Below, one piece after another: positions 53,128-62,753 of a stretch of DNA of 64,000 bases. Numbering within the stretch: the first letter of the stretch is position 1; the number at the start of each line of letters is the position of its first letter. The notes under the pieces are model-generated. The model was not told where the DNA came from and searched no databases. It saw nothing but the letters and a program-made list of their open reading frames with translations. A program made the position numbers and the translations under genes. This DNA is from Cytophagales bacterium (GTDB taxonomy: Bacteria > Bacteroidota > Bacteroidia > Cytophagales > Cyclobacteriaceae): NCBI GenBank assembly GCA_033344775.1, contig JAWPMT010000002.1, positions 898,685 through 962,684 of the forward strand. Direction: 5' to 3'.

Positions 53128-56100
53128 ATGAAAACTTACTTTAAACCCATTGTGCTTTTGATCCTATGCATGTCGCTGATCGCGATGGCGGGTCCCTTTG
53201 GTTCAGTCAGCTTTGAGGAGGAGGATGCAACTGCACCCATCTCGATTATCCAGGGGGATCCGACTGTAGCCAATCATCCTCAGCTCAGAGATGGGAAAAT
53301 ACAGGAAAAAATCAGAAACTTTTTCTCAACCCCCACGGTACCAAGTGAGATCTACGACGATTACGTGCACCGCGATATCAATGATGCCATTGTCCAATTT
53401 ACCCGACCCACCAGTGGATTCCTGGATTTGGATGGAGACGCGAGGGAATCCATCATTGAGATAGATTTAAAAAAGATCTATAAAGCCTCCCGAAAAAACC
53501 GCCTGGGAGGTATCGTTGCAGACCTTATTGACGAAAACACCTCCAATTTTTCCCTCACAATCACGGCAAAGTCGACCGCTAATTATGGCCTATTGGATAA
53601 CCCAGTGAATGGCAAGTCTTACTTGATCGAAGAAGGCGATATTTTGTTTCAAGGTACTGTTGATGAGAATGGCTTGGAAGATAACCTGGACGATCATGGT
53701 AACAGGGTTTTGACCTTGGGGGGTACCGGATCGAATATGGACGCCTTATTCCGGAATTTTCTGGGGAAGATTTCCAGTGAGGAGTGGAATTCGATAGATA
53801 TCAAGCGAAGGCTTAACAGTGCCAAAGGCTTTTTCGATGAAGATAAAATAGCGGTTGCGGTGACGCTGATCGGGCAAAATGCCAGGGTATTTGGTTTGCG
53901 CATTCCCGGTTATGATTACATGCATCCGCTGGACATCTTTCCCGATGATTACTACACCCTTGTGACAGTCACCAAGCCAGATGGGACTACTAAAAATTAC
54001 AGGTTTGATGTGACCAACGGCGAATATGACGATTCGGACCCGAACTTTATCGTGGATGCGGTGATGGGTGACAAGATCAACTTTGAGGTGGTTTCCCCAT
54101 CGGGATCGGTTCCCCAAATTGAAGGCGTACCGGATATCTGGATTTCGGGTTTTTCCTCTTCCCGGGCATTTATGTGTAATCCTGATTTAACGCCCGGAGA
54201 GTACAACGAATTCATTCCGTGGGAAGACCAGGTACACATGTACATGGTCAACAAGTATCCACCGGGCTTTGAGGTAAAAGTAGATGATTGGGTTGATAAT
54301 GGGAGTGGAGGCGCTCATAATTGGTCCTGGGACTGGATTGCAGAGCGAAGGGTGGATCCTTCCAAAACCAAATACCAGGCCGATATCAAATTCCCACCCA
54401 TCAAGGACAACTTCTCTTATGATCCTGGAGGTTATCAAAGAGAAGATCAATCTACGGGCTATGCAGCTGAACTGGTTCACTACTGGAACAGGCACGCCAG
54501 TGACAACACGTATGAAGCCAGTGCTGACGGGCCGAGGTTCCTGCTGGATGTGGATGGAGATGAGATCCTCTACATCGGCACCAACGACATGGATGCCATT
54601 CATACGACAGACCCTGATGTCTACACCCTTGGACCAGAGTTCTTTACTGATAAAACCACGAGTAGTTTCTTGCCCGTGAATTGGCAATACATGTGGCCAG
54701 GGGAGGCCCTGGACGTGGAATATGATCAGGATGGGTATCCAAGTGCCGGATATGTGGTGAACGATTATATCAGTGCCTACCGGAAAGTCAAACAACGCGG
54801 AGATGGCAACACGGACTATGATGAGTATTACAAAGGTTATTTGATTGAAGATTATGGCCTTTGGCGGCAGGGTAACTTAAAAGGGTCGGTCATCGGAGGA
54901 AATACTGCTGAAGCCAGTCCCTGCGCCTCGGGTTGCAAATACAATCCACTGGCGGCCTGGCAAGATTTACCAGGAGCCACCGGCCAGAACAATGCTCACC
55001 CGGGGGTGATCAAAATCACCCAGGATGGTCGTCAGATCAGTTTTCGCATGCGGGTGCAGCCCCCCCTGACCGAGGACAAAGGGTTTTACGGCACGATCAA
55101 AGGCACTAACACGCCCATGGGCTGGGGGCAAACGGCCAAATACACCCTGACCGGCCTGAAAGACCTGAGTGATGAAGAAAGGGCCCGGTACTCATTAGCA
55201 GTGGTGACCTACAAAATAGCGGGCTATGAAGATACGGATGGTGGCTTCGGAGGCTATCCGTACGGACCCTATAGCCAGTATATTCCACCTTATGAGCATG
55301 AAGAAGGGGCTATAGTCCCTTATGGTGGCACCACTTATATTGATCAGGAGGTATTCTGGAGTGCTGGTGCGGAAGGCTGGGATGCAGCAACCGGAGAGTG
55401 GTCGGTAGACCTGAAGCTAGAGAGTGGTTGGTCGGTTGTGGTGGCCTACTACAATACCTCGTATGAGGGAGTAAACGAAAAAAGCATTGTCGCTGGCCGG
55501 GACCTGTGGATCATGGACCCATTGAAGCAGATCACAGCTCCCGGGAGCAACCATTGGACGTATGCACCTAATGATATCCCCTTTGTGGGTGATGGTAAAC
55601 TGGACTTAAAAGAAGGGACGGGAGAAAGGGTACACGAATACATCCGGGAAACAAGATCCAAGGAGGACAAGGAACGCGGTTTTGGCGGCTGGGGCCAAAC
55701 GAAGTACACCCGGGAATATGTATTACAAAAAGGGACCAAGATCACGTTTGCCGCCACAGATGTGGGCACGGGTAAAGTGGAAATATGGAATGGCGCCGGA
55801 CCACCCCACTTGTACATGTGGCGGGACCTGGCCAAATATATGCCTCGTGATACGGTGGCCAAATACCTGAAGTACATCGTGAGCAGGGTCCAGGAAAATG
55901 GCTTTGATGCCGGTGAATTGGTGCATACCGAAGAAAACGAGGCCTACTTCACCTACACCTGGAATGAAACGGGTGTATTCGAGATTGTTTCCAACTTCAT
56001 GGACATGCCCTATTCTAATGGGTCCATCAAAGTGGTAGTGGTAGATGATTATGAGGCAGATGCGCTGGACGACCTTACCGTGGACAAGCAGCGCGGTAAC

Positions 56101-59100
56101 ATTGAGATCCGTAATTTGAGTGAAGAAGAAAGACAATGGTTGCTGGATAAAACTGGGAATACGGCTGCTGATATTGCGAGGATCAATAACTATATGATAG
56201 CGGAGATCGCTGATGTGTTAAGTGAATACCAATTTGTCAAAGGCCCCAGGGCCAACAGTTTTGGACATCCCTTCGGCGGGTTGCGGAATTTTGCCAATGT
56301 CTATAAATGGTATAGAGATGAAAATGAAATCACGGATCTCGATAACGAACCATGGTTCCGTGACTTTGATCCCATTTCCTTCTGGCCTGCGGAATGGAAT
56401 AAGGTCTGGCTAAGACATTCCCCGTATTCGATCACGGGCAAGCGATTTCCGGAAACCCAGGTTAATCCGGAAAATGTACTCAGAGACCCAGCGGAGCCGG
56501 TCTTCCGGGGCCAGATGCAACGCGCTTTTGATTTAACCTCCTTCCAGAGCGAATATGGTTTTGTGAGGTGGTTGCCCTGGTTAGCAGAATCTCCCTATGA
56601 AGGAATAAAGATTGCGAACTACACCAAACCCATGGTGAATTTGGAGGAGTTTTTCAATGGTCAAAATGGAAGTTCGGCGGATGGTGCCTGGTCCGGGAAT
56701 CCATATGTGACATTGCCCATGTTGCAGACGGCCCTTGGGGAGGAAACACCCATTTCAGATGATGCACTCAATCAACTGGATTTTTATCATGACCTGAAGG
56801 CGGGCAAAAAACTGCTCTTCGACATCACCTCCACGCAAAATCTTGTAGTGAAGAACCAGGTACCCAGGGTTGATCCCTACTTCAACGACGTTAAAACGAT
56901 AGACCACAACGTAAGTCTGCCGAATGAGGTGTACATGGATGGGTGGGCGAAAGAGACCACTGATCTTCGGGCACTGGCCGAGAATTCGTACGAGGTATTC
57001 CAGCGGTCCAGGCATGAGAATGGCATGTACTATGACACCTACAAATTGAGGGGGCTTCGTGCCCACCCCGCTTCAGTATCCGGCTCAGGTATGGGATTAG
57101 TGGCCCTCACGGTAGCAGATAAAATGGGCTGGGAGGCATCAGGGGAGGCGGCTGTTCTGGCTGAAAAGACCCTGGAAACGCTGACCAATCATTTGAGACC
57201 CGGAAGTGCTGATTTTAAACTAAGTGTGACCAGATCAGGCTATCCGCTTCATTGGCCGGACATTGAAACAGGGCAGAGGTTTGAGAAATGGGACGATGAA
57301 TACAGCACCATTGATGCGGCCATCATGGTTTGCGGGGCGCTGTTTGCGAAGAAATACTTTAGTGATAACACCAATATTGCCCGTTATGCCGATGCGCTGT
57401 TCAATTCCATCGACTGGGCTTTGTCCATCGATGATCCTGCCACCGGGAAACTTCACTTCAAAATGAACCCGAACAGTGATCAGGGGGAAGGGTTGCCAGG
57501 CAGTACGAGCCCCTTTAACGAATACATGATCCTGGCCTATCTGGCCCACGAACAAGCCCAACAACAGGTGACGGTGCATGGGGCCAATATTGCCCCTAAA
57601 TACCAGGACGCGATCAATCTATGGGACACCTTTTTCAATGTTGACCTAGGTGCAGATGAAAATTTACCTAAATCAATGTATGACAGCTTGAAGATGCTCA
57701 CAGACGTACCCGGAGAATTCATTCCTTCCTTCACGCTTCAATTCATTTACTTTTTGTGCAATGATTTTACCACCAGCAACTATTTCATGGGGTACTATGA
57801 CAATGCGATGAAAGGGGATAGGAGTTGGTGGAATGACCAGGCGCAGCAGCAGCATACCTACCAGTGGGGATTAGGAGAAGGAAGTAGTCCGGTCAATAAC
57901 GGGTTTGATGCCAATAGCATCAACAATAATCCTCACCACATGGTCTCTCCACATGTGATGGCAGGGTTTATTCCAATAGATAAAGTTTCCGTTACCCAGG
58001 ATATCCAGGACATGCTGGCCAGTGCGGGAGGAAGCCCAAATGGCGTATATTATATGGAAGGGACTGCTAAGCCTGTACTTTGGAGGTATAGCCTCGATCC
58101 ACAATTCCAAAGCTGGAGAAGCAATGAGATCCAGCTGGTAGACTGGTCGAAGATGGTCTTTGGTTTGGCCAGTTTGTTTGAATTGTCAGACAATGTTCCG
58201 GGGGAAGATTTCTTCGCGCATTACAATGATTTCGATTTCCCCTTACCCGAACAAACATTTGCGGCCATCGGTGATTATGGATGGGAAGGACCTGATGCTC
58301 AAAACGTGGCGAATATGATCGATAGCTGGCAGGTGGATTTCATCATCTCCCTGGGAGATGATAGCTATGCGGACAAGCTCAACAACAACATCGATGACAA
58401 TGTTGGCCAGTATTATCACTCCTATATATTTCCCTACTTCGGCAATTATGGTGCTGGAAGTGCGAACGCACAAAATCGTTTTTGGCCAGTGCTGGGCAAT
58501 CATGACTACAAAGCAAGTGATCCGCCGGGTCAGTATCTCCAGGAGTGGCTGAATTTCTTTACTCTCCCTGATCAGCCTGCTGGGGAACGATACTATGAGA
58601 AGCGGATTGGAGATGTCCATTTATTCGGCATGAACTGGAATGCTCAAGAACCCGACGGTCGTGATGAAACCTCTGATCAGGCCTTGTGGCTTCAGGATAG
58701 ACTGGCTGCGTCAGATGCCAAATTTAAGCTGGTCTATGGCCACCAAACTCCCTATTCTTCCGGGTTTACGGATAAACCCGGTCACGGAAGTATCCCTGTT
58801 ATCCAGTGGCCATACAAAGATTGGGGTGCTGACCTGGTCCTCTCCGGTCACGAACACATGTATGAACGCTGGGAAGTGGACGGCATGACCTACCTGGTAA
58901 ATGGTATGGGCGGAGCACCGATTTATTCCTATGTAGTGGATCACTCCATAAGTCCTACTCCGGTAGTTCATCATTCAGGTCCCAATCTTCCCCATGCCGC
59001 CATGCAGGGTGTGGTGCGCGATGATCCGGACAACCCGGGAGGGAGGTGCCTTGACTTGACAATGGTGGATATCACCGGGCATGTCATAGACCAATATACC

Positions 59101-59430
59101 ATTTGTAACAGTGAATCCACCTCCGGCAGGTCTGTAGCAGAGGAACAGGTACTGGCGACAGAAGAGGCTTTCGGCGAAGGGGAGATTGATATTTATCCTA
59201 ACCCTGCACGAGATATACTCCATGTGCGATTCGAATTGGATCAGCCGGAAGTGGTTTCCTTCAACGTAGTGAACCTGGCCGGACAGCTTCTCAAGAGTAA
59301 TAAAGTTAAAGGCCAGGCAGGCAGTAATACCATGCAACTGGGTATTCAAACACTTCCTGTCGGCATCTATGTGCTTGAAATAGCAATAGGTCAGGATCAA
59401 CTCTATAAAAGAAGGTTCATCGTAAAATAG
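53128..59430 (+). CDS. Giant (2100 aa) multidomain T9SS cargo: large uncharacterised N-terminal part, GH144/DUF3131-like (alpha/alpha)6 region, calcineurin-like metallophosphoesterase, T9SS CTD
   Basis: Signal peptide MKTYFKPIVLLILCMSLIAMAG. The region at about 56950-58230 aligns by eye with the GH144 gene at 62746-64000 (SGSGMGLVALTVADKMGW vs GGSGFGIMALIVGIERGF; YPLHWPD vs FPHWWYG; STIDAAIMVCGALFAKKYF vs DLVETAFLMQGLITARQYF; FNEYMILAYLA vs YNECLIMYLLA). Phosphoesterase motifs: IGDYGWEG, SLGDDSY, GNHDY, GHQTPYSS, SGHEHMYER (about 58258-58960). CTD: IDIYPNPARDILHVRF...GIYVLEIAIG (about 59186-59427). Confidence 0.85.
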   Translation: MKTYFKPIVLLILCMSLIAMAGPFGSVSFEEEDATAPISIIQGDPTVANHPQLRDGKIQEKIRNFFSTPTVPSEIYDDYVHRDINDAIVQFTRPTSGFLDLDGDARESIIEIDLKKIYKASRKNRLGGIVADLIDENTSNFSLTITAKSTANYGLLDNPVNGKSYLIEEGDILFQGTVDENGLEDNLDDHGNRVLTLGGTGSNMDALFRNFLGKISSEEWNSIDIKRRLNSAKGFFDEDKIAVAVTLIGQNARVFGLRIPGYDYMHPLDIFPDDYYTLVTVTKPDGTTKNYRFDVTNGEYDDSDPNFIVDAVMGDKINFEVVSPSGSVPQIEGVPDIWISGFSSSRAFMCNPDLTPGEYNEFIPWEDQVHMYMVNKYPPGFEVKVDDWVDNGSGGAHNWSWDWIAERRVDPSKTKYQADIKFPPIKDNFSYDPGGYQREDQSTGYAAELVHYWNRHASDNTYEASADGPRFLLDVDGDEILYIGTNDMDAIHTTDPDVYTLGPEFFTDKTTSSFLPVNWQYMWPGEALDVEYDQDGYPSAGYVVNDYISAYRKVKQRGDGNTDYDEYYKGYLIEDYGLWRQGNLKGSVIGGNTAEASPCASGCKYNPLAAWQDLPGATGQNNAHPGVIKITQDGRQISFRMRVQPPLTEDKGFYGTIKGTNTPMGWGQTAKYTLTGLKDLSDEERARYSLAVVTYKIAGYEDTDGGFGGYPYGPYSQYIPPYEHEEGAIVPYGGTTYIDQEVFWSAGAEGWDAATGEWSVDLKLESGWSVVVAYYNTSYEGVNEKSIVAGRDLWIMDPLKQITAPGSNHWTYAPNDIPFVGDGKLDLKEGTGERVHEYIRETRSKEDKERGFGGWGQTKYTREYVLQKGTKITFAATDVGTGKVEIWNGAGPPHLYMWRDLAKYMPRDTVAKYLKYIVSRVQENGFDAGELVHTEENEAYFTYTWNETGVFEIVSNFMDMPYSNGSIKVVVVDDYEADALDDLTVDKQRGNIEIRNLSEEERQWLLDKTGNTAADIARINNYMIAEIADVLSEYQFVKGPRANSFGHPFGGLRNFANVYKWYRDENEITDLDNEPWFRDFDPISFWPAEWNKVWLRHSPYSITGKRFPETQVNPENVLRDPAEPVFRGQMQRAFDLTSFQSEYGFVRWLPWLAESPYEGIKIANYTKPMVNLEEFFNGQNGSSADGAWSGNPYVTLPMLQTALGEETPISDDALNQLDFYHDLKAGKKLLFDITSTQNLVVKNQVPRVDPYFNDVKTIDHNVSLPNEVYMDGWAKETTDLRALAENSYEVFQRSRHENGMYYDTYKLRGLRAHPASVSGSGMGLVALTVADKMGWEASGEAAVLAEKTLETLTNHLRPGSADFKLSVTRSGYPLHWPDIETGQRFEKWDDEYSTIDAAIMVCGALFAKKYFSDNTNIARYADALFNSIDWALSIDDPATGKLHFKMNPNSDQGEGLPGSTSPFNEYMILAYLAHEQAQQQVTVHGANIAPKYQDAINLWDTFFNVDLGADENLPKSMYDSLKMLTDVPGEFIPSFTLQFIYFLCNDFTTSNYFMGYYDNAMKGDRSWWNDQAQQQHTYQWGLGEGSSPVNNGFDANSINNNPHHMVSPHVMAGFIPIDKVSVTQDIQDMLASAGGSPNGVYYMEGTAKPVLWRYSLDPQFQSWRSNEIQLVDWSKMVFGLASLFELSDNVPGEDFFAHYNDFDFPLPEQTFAAIGDYGWEGPDAQNVANMIDSWQVDFIISLGDDSYADKLNNNIDDNVGQYYHSYIFPYFGNYGAGSANAQNRFWPVLGNHDYKASDPPGQYLQEWLNFFTLPDQPAGERYYEKRIGDVHLFGMNWNAQEPDGRDETSDQALWLQDRLAASDAKFKLVYGHQTPYSSGFTDKPGHGSIPVIQWPYKDWGADLVLSGHEHMYERWEVDGMTYLVNGMGGAPIYSYVVDHSISPTPVVHHSGPNLPHAAMQGVVRDDPDNPGGRCLDLTMVDITGHVIDQYTICNSESTSGRSVAEEQVLATEEAFGEGEIDIYPNPARDILHVRFELDQPEVVSFNVVNLAGQLLKSNKVKGQAGSNTMQLGIQTLPVGIYVLEIAIGQDQLYKRRFIVK

Positions 59431-59471
59431 TGCTTTTATGGCAGGGTAGTGACTTCTTTGACGATTACCAG

Positions 59472-59498
59472 AGCCCGGGTTGTTGCCCGGGCTTTTTT
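59472..59498 (+). terminator. Intrinsic terminator after the 2100-aa gene
   Basis: AGCCCGGG (59472-79) / CCCGGGCT (59486-93) GC-rich stem, followed by TTTTTT (59493-98). Confidence 0.9.
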
Positions 59499-59789
59499 GC
59501 CTAATCCGGAGAGGGAGTAAGTAGAGTAGGGCCTTCTGAGAAATTCCCCGACTGGGCGTCTAAGGTGAACTACATACATGGCGGTCGAGGTAAGATACGG
59601 ACGGCAGTCGTATGCCTATACTTTGATTCGGGGCACGAAGCCTGAGGCTAACGCTAAAATCTCGATTTCGAGATTGATGAATGCATGGAAAATGTACTTT
59701 ATCAGGTGAGAACCTTGCACTTGCTCAAAAACTAATTCATGGCAGAAGTTGCCAATTTTTCAGGAAATAAAAGATATCTGGTAGTTTAA

Positions 59790-60300
59790 GCGTTTTTAAG
59801 TACGCCCTGGTTATAGGAGAAATTGTCCTGGTATTTACCTGCGTTTTCGCTCAAAAAAACAACAATGGTATGTTTCAGCAGATTCTGGTGTTCAAGCTTA
59901 TCCATCAAGAGACCAATATTCTTATCCAATGTATTAACTCATGGCGGAAAGGGTTCTTCAACCGGAATCGGTTATTTCGGGAAAATGATTGACCAAATGA
60001 TCGGTGCTTATTTGATCTGTAATGTAACCATCAATCTCTTCCTCATTTCTGAAATGTAAACCGTCATACCGGAGGAAATATTCAGATGATCCTTCAGGAA
60101 GTTCAAAGAAGTAATCAACCTGCATAGCATCGGTATTTCGTCATGTATTGTTAATGGGTAAGAAAATCCGATACGTTGGTGCCGAGGCATTGCTTACCAG
60201 CTAACCAGATGCGGGTTACCCACCATCCCTCGCAACCTGGATTGCGTTGTATAAGATCAGATGATTGACAGCCACTCAATCGTATGGAAGAATGCGCGAT
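59790..60300 (-). pseudogene. Decayed sulfatase-family gene remnant (frameshifted and truncated)
   Basis: Minus-strand frames give, in N-to-C order but in different frames and interrupted by stops: YTTQSRLRGMVGNPH (degenerate C-x-P-S-R-like region), RIGFSYPL, EIDGYITDQISTDHLVNHF, and VNTLDKNIGLLMDKLEHQNLLKHTIVVFLSENAG. The last resembles the sulfatase D..[IV]G.[IL]...L...G....T.[IV].F.SDNG block. No intact ORF is present. Confidence 0.5.
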
Positions 60301-60352
60301 GTTAGGTTCACTATAATCCCTGATTTCTTAGACCTTTGTTTTTCCGTAATCT

Positions 60353-60389
60353 GAAAGAAAACAGTCCCAACCTAAAGCATTGGGACTGT
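60353..60389 (-). terminator. Intrinsic terminator downstream of the GH3 gene
   Basis: 10-bp stem ACAGTCCCAA (60361-70) / TTGGGACTGT (60380-89). On the minus strand it is followed by TTTCTTTC. Confidence 0.65.
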
Positions 60390-60458
60390 TTATCGAATAG
60401 AAAGGGTATGAAAAAGAACTACTAGTTTCTATTTACATTATTGATCTTTGACTAATAC

Positions 60459-62753
60459 TTATTTACTCCAGTTGATCTTGGCCGTTTGAACATCCCGGGA
60501 ATTACCCCCAATCATGATTTCAAAATCACCGGCTTCCCATACATGTTCCAGATCATAGTTGTAGAACTTCAGGTCTTCTGTGGTTACCTCAAATACGATG
60601 GTTTGGGTCTCTCCAGGTTGAAAGGCGACCTTTTGGAAACCCTTTAATTCTTTTACTGGCCGAGTTACCGTTCCAACCAAATCCCTGATATAAAGTTGAA
60701 TGACTTCTTTTCCGGCTATGTCACCAACATTGGTTACTGTCACAGAAACAGCCAGTGACTCCTCTCCGTGGAGATTGCTTTTGCTCACTTTAACCGGCCC
60801 ATACTCGAATGAAGTATAGCTCAACCCATATCCGAAAGGGTAGAGGGGCGCATTCGACACATCCAGGTAATTGGATTTGAACTTTTGAAACCATTTGCCT
60901 TCGGGCAATGGTCGGCCCGTATTTTTAGAATTGTAAAAAATGGGTATTTGACCGGTATTTTGAGGAAATGTGGTGCTCAGCTTGCCGGAAGGATTCACAT
61001 CCCCAAATAATACATCGGTAATGGCGTAACCGCCTTCACTGCCCGCAAACCAAACATTCAGAATCGCCGGTAGGTTTTCTTGTTCCCACTTGAGTGCCAG
61101 TGGCCTACCTGTAAACAGAACAAGGACTACTGGCTTGCCTGTACTCAGAAGCGCCTCCATCAATCTCCTTTGATTTTCTGGCATTTCTATACTTGTTACA
61201 CTTGAGCTTTCACCACTACTTTCGGATGCTTCGCCCATAGCAGCGACAATCACATCCGCCCGACTGGCAACTTGTAAGGCTTCCGCGATCAGTTCCGATT
61301 CGCTGCGATCGTCCCTTTTTGTGTCTTTTCCAAACACGCTGATCCTGGACTCAAGAGAGGGATCTTCAACAAAGTTGCTTCCCTTGGCTGTCAGGATTTT
61401 GACATCTTCACCTACTGTTTCCATCATACACTCAAGCAGCGAGGGAGTAGCTTCATGATTCCCCGATACGCTCCATGTTCCCTGCATATTACGTCCATTA
61501 TCCGCCATTGGACCAATCAAGGCGATGGTTCCTGCCTTTTTCAAGGGAAGAACATCACCTTCATTTTTTAGGAGAACAAATGTTTCCGCAGCAATCTTTC
61601 GTGCTACATCCCTGTTTGCCTGAGTAAAAATTTCTAGTATCGACCGGTTGATATCACAGTATCTATAAGGGTCTTCAAACAGCCCCAATTTGAATTTGGC
61701 TTCAAGAATGCGACGACAGGCACGGTCTATTGCTTCCTGAGTAATAATTCCTTTCTCCAGTGCTTCCCCCAACTTGCTAATGAAAGCTTCGCTGACCATG
61801 TCCATATCGTTACCGGCCAACAAAGCCAAAGCTGCTACAGCGGTAGTATCGCCCACGCCATGCTCGGTCATTTCCGTTACACCAGTGTAATCGGAGACGA
61901 CAAAACCGTCAAAATTCCATTCTTCTCTGAGTAAGTTGGTTAGCAACCACTTATTTCCCGTGGCAGGCACACCATCTATTTCATTGAAGGAGGACATCAC
62001 ACTTCCGACGCCAGCATCGACCGCTGCTTTATAGGGTTGCATGTATTCATTATACATCCTCTGGCGACTCATATCGACCGTTCCGTAATCTCTACCAGCC
62101 TCTGCTGCCCCATAGAGAGCAAAATGCTTGACACATGACATCATCGTGTTATTAGCGGAAAGATCATCACCCTGATAACCACGGACCATAGCTGCCGCTA
62201 TCGCTGACCCTAAGTAGGCGTCCTCCCCGGATCCCTCTGAAATTCGACCCCACCTTGGGTCCCTTGAGACATCTGTCATCGGAGAAAAGGTCCAGGCGAT
62301 CCCATCTGCAGTGGCTTCCTGTGCTGCAATCCGAGCTGTTCGTTCAATTAATGCCCGATCCCAGCTACAGGAAAGACCTAACGGAATAGGGAAAACTGTC
62401 CGGTATCCATGAATGACGTCCATGGCAAAAACAAGAGGAATACCTAATCTGCTTTCTTCTACCGCTACTTTTTGGGCAGCACGAACTTTTTCAACGCCCC
62501 GTATATTGAACAGGCCACCAACCTGACCTTTTTTGATTTTTTGAACTACACCGGTACTTTGGGCAAGTCCCGTATTGATATCTCCTGCTGAAGGAAGGTT
62601 TAACTGACCTAGTTTTTCTTCCAGCGTCATCAGCGCCATTAAAGAATCTACCTGATGGGTATATCCGGGTGGTCCTGACGCGGTTGGCGAGTTGCAGGAA
62701 AAGAGTAACCAAAGGATGCATATTGTATTGTAGGATGATTTGATTTTATTCAT
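60459..62753 (-). CDS. bglX: Glycoside hydrolase family 3 beta-glucosidase (BglX-like, periplasmic)
   Basis: 764 aa. LEEKLGQL, RLGIPLVFAMDVIHG, KHFALYGAAEAGRDY, GFVVSDY (nucleophile Asp region), and a C-terminal FnIII-like domain. The start overlaps the upstream gene's stop by 8 nt. Confidence 0.9.
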   Translation of the reverse strand: MNKIKSSYNTICILWLLFSCNSPTASGPPGYTHQVDSLMALMTLEEKLGQLNLPSAGDINTGLAQSTGVVQKIKKGQVGGLFNIRGVEKVRAAQKVAVEESRLGIPLVFAMDVIHGYRTVFPIPLGLSCSWDRALIERTARIAAQEATADGIAWTFSPMTDVSRDPRWGRISEGSGEDAYLGSAIAAAMVRGYQGDDLSANNTMMSCVKHFALYGAAEAGRDYGTVDMSRQRMYNEYMQPYKAAVDAGVGSVMSSFNEIDGVPATGNKWLLTNLLREEWNFDGFVVSDYTGVTEMTEHGVGDTTAVAALALLAGNDMDMVSEAFISKLGEALEKGIITQEAIDRACRRILEAKFKLGLFEDPYRYCDINRSILEIFTQANRDVARKIAAETFVLLKNEGDVLPLKKAGTIALIGPMADNGRNMQGTWSVSGNHEATPSLLECMMETVGEDVKILTAKGSNFVEDPSLESRISVFGKDTKRDDRSESELIAEALQVASRADVIVAAMGEASESSGESSSVTSIEMPENQRRLMEALLSTGKPVVLVLFTGRPLALKWEQENLPAILNVWFAGSEGGYAITDVLFGDVNPSGKLSTTFPQNTGQIPIFYNSKNTGRPLPEGKWFQKFKSNYLDVSNAPLYPFGYGLSYTSFEYGPVKVSKSNLHGEESLAVSVTVTNVGDIAGKEVIQLYIRDLVGTVTRPVKELKGFQKVAFQPGETQTIVFEVTTEDLKFYNYDLEHVWEAGDFEIMIGGNSRDVQTAKINWSK

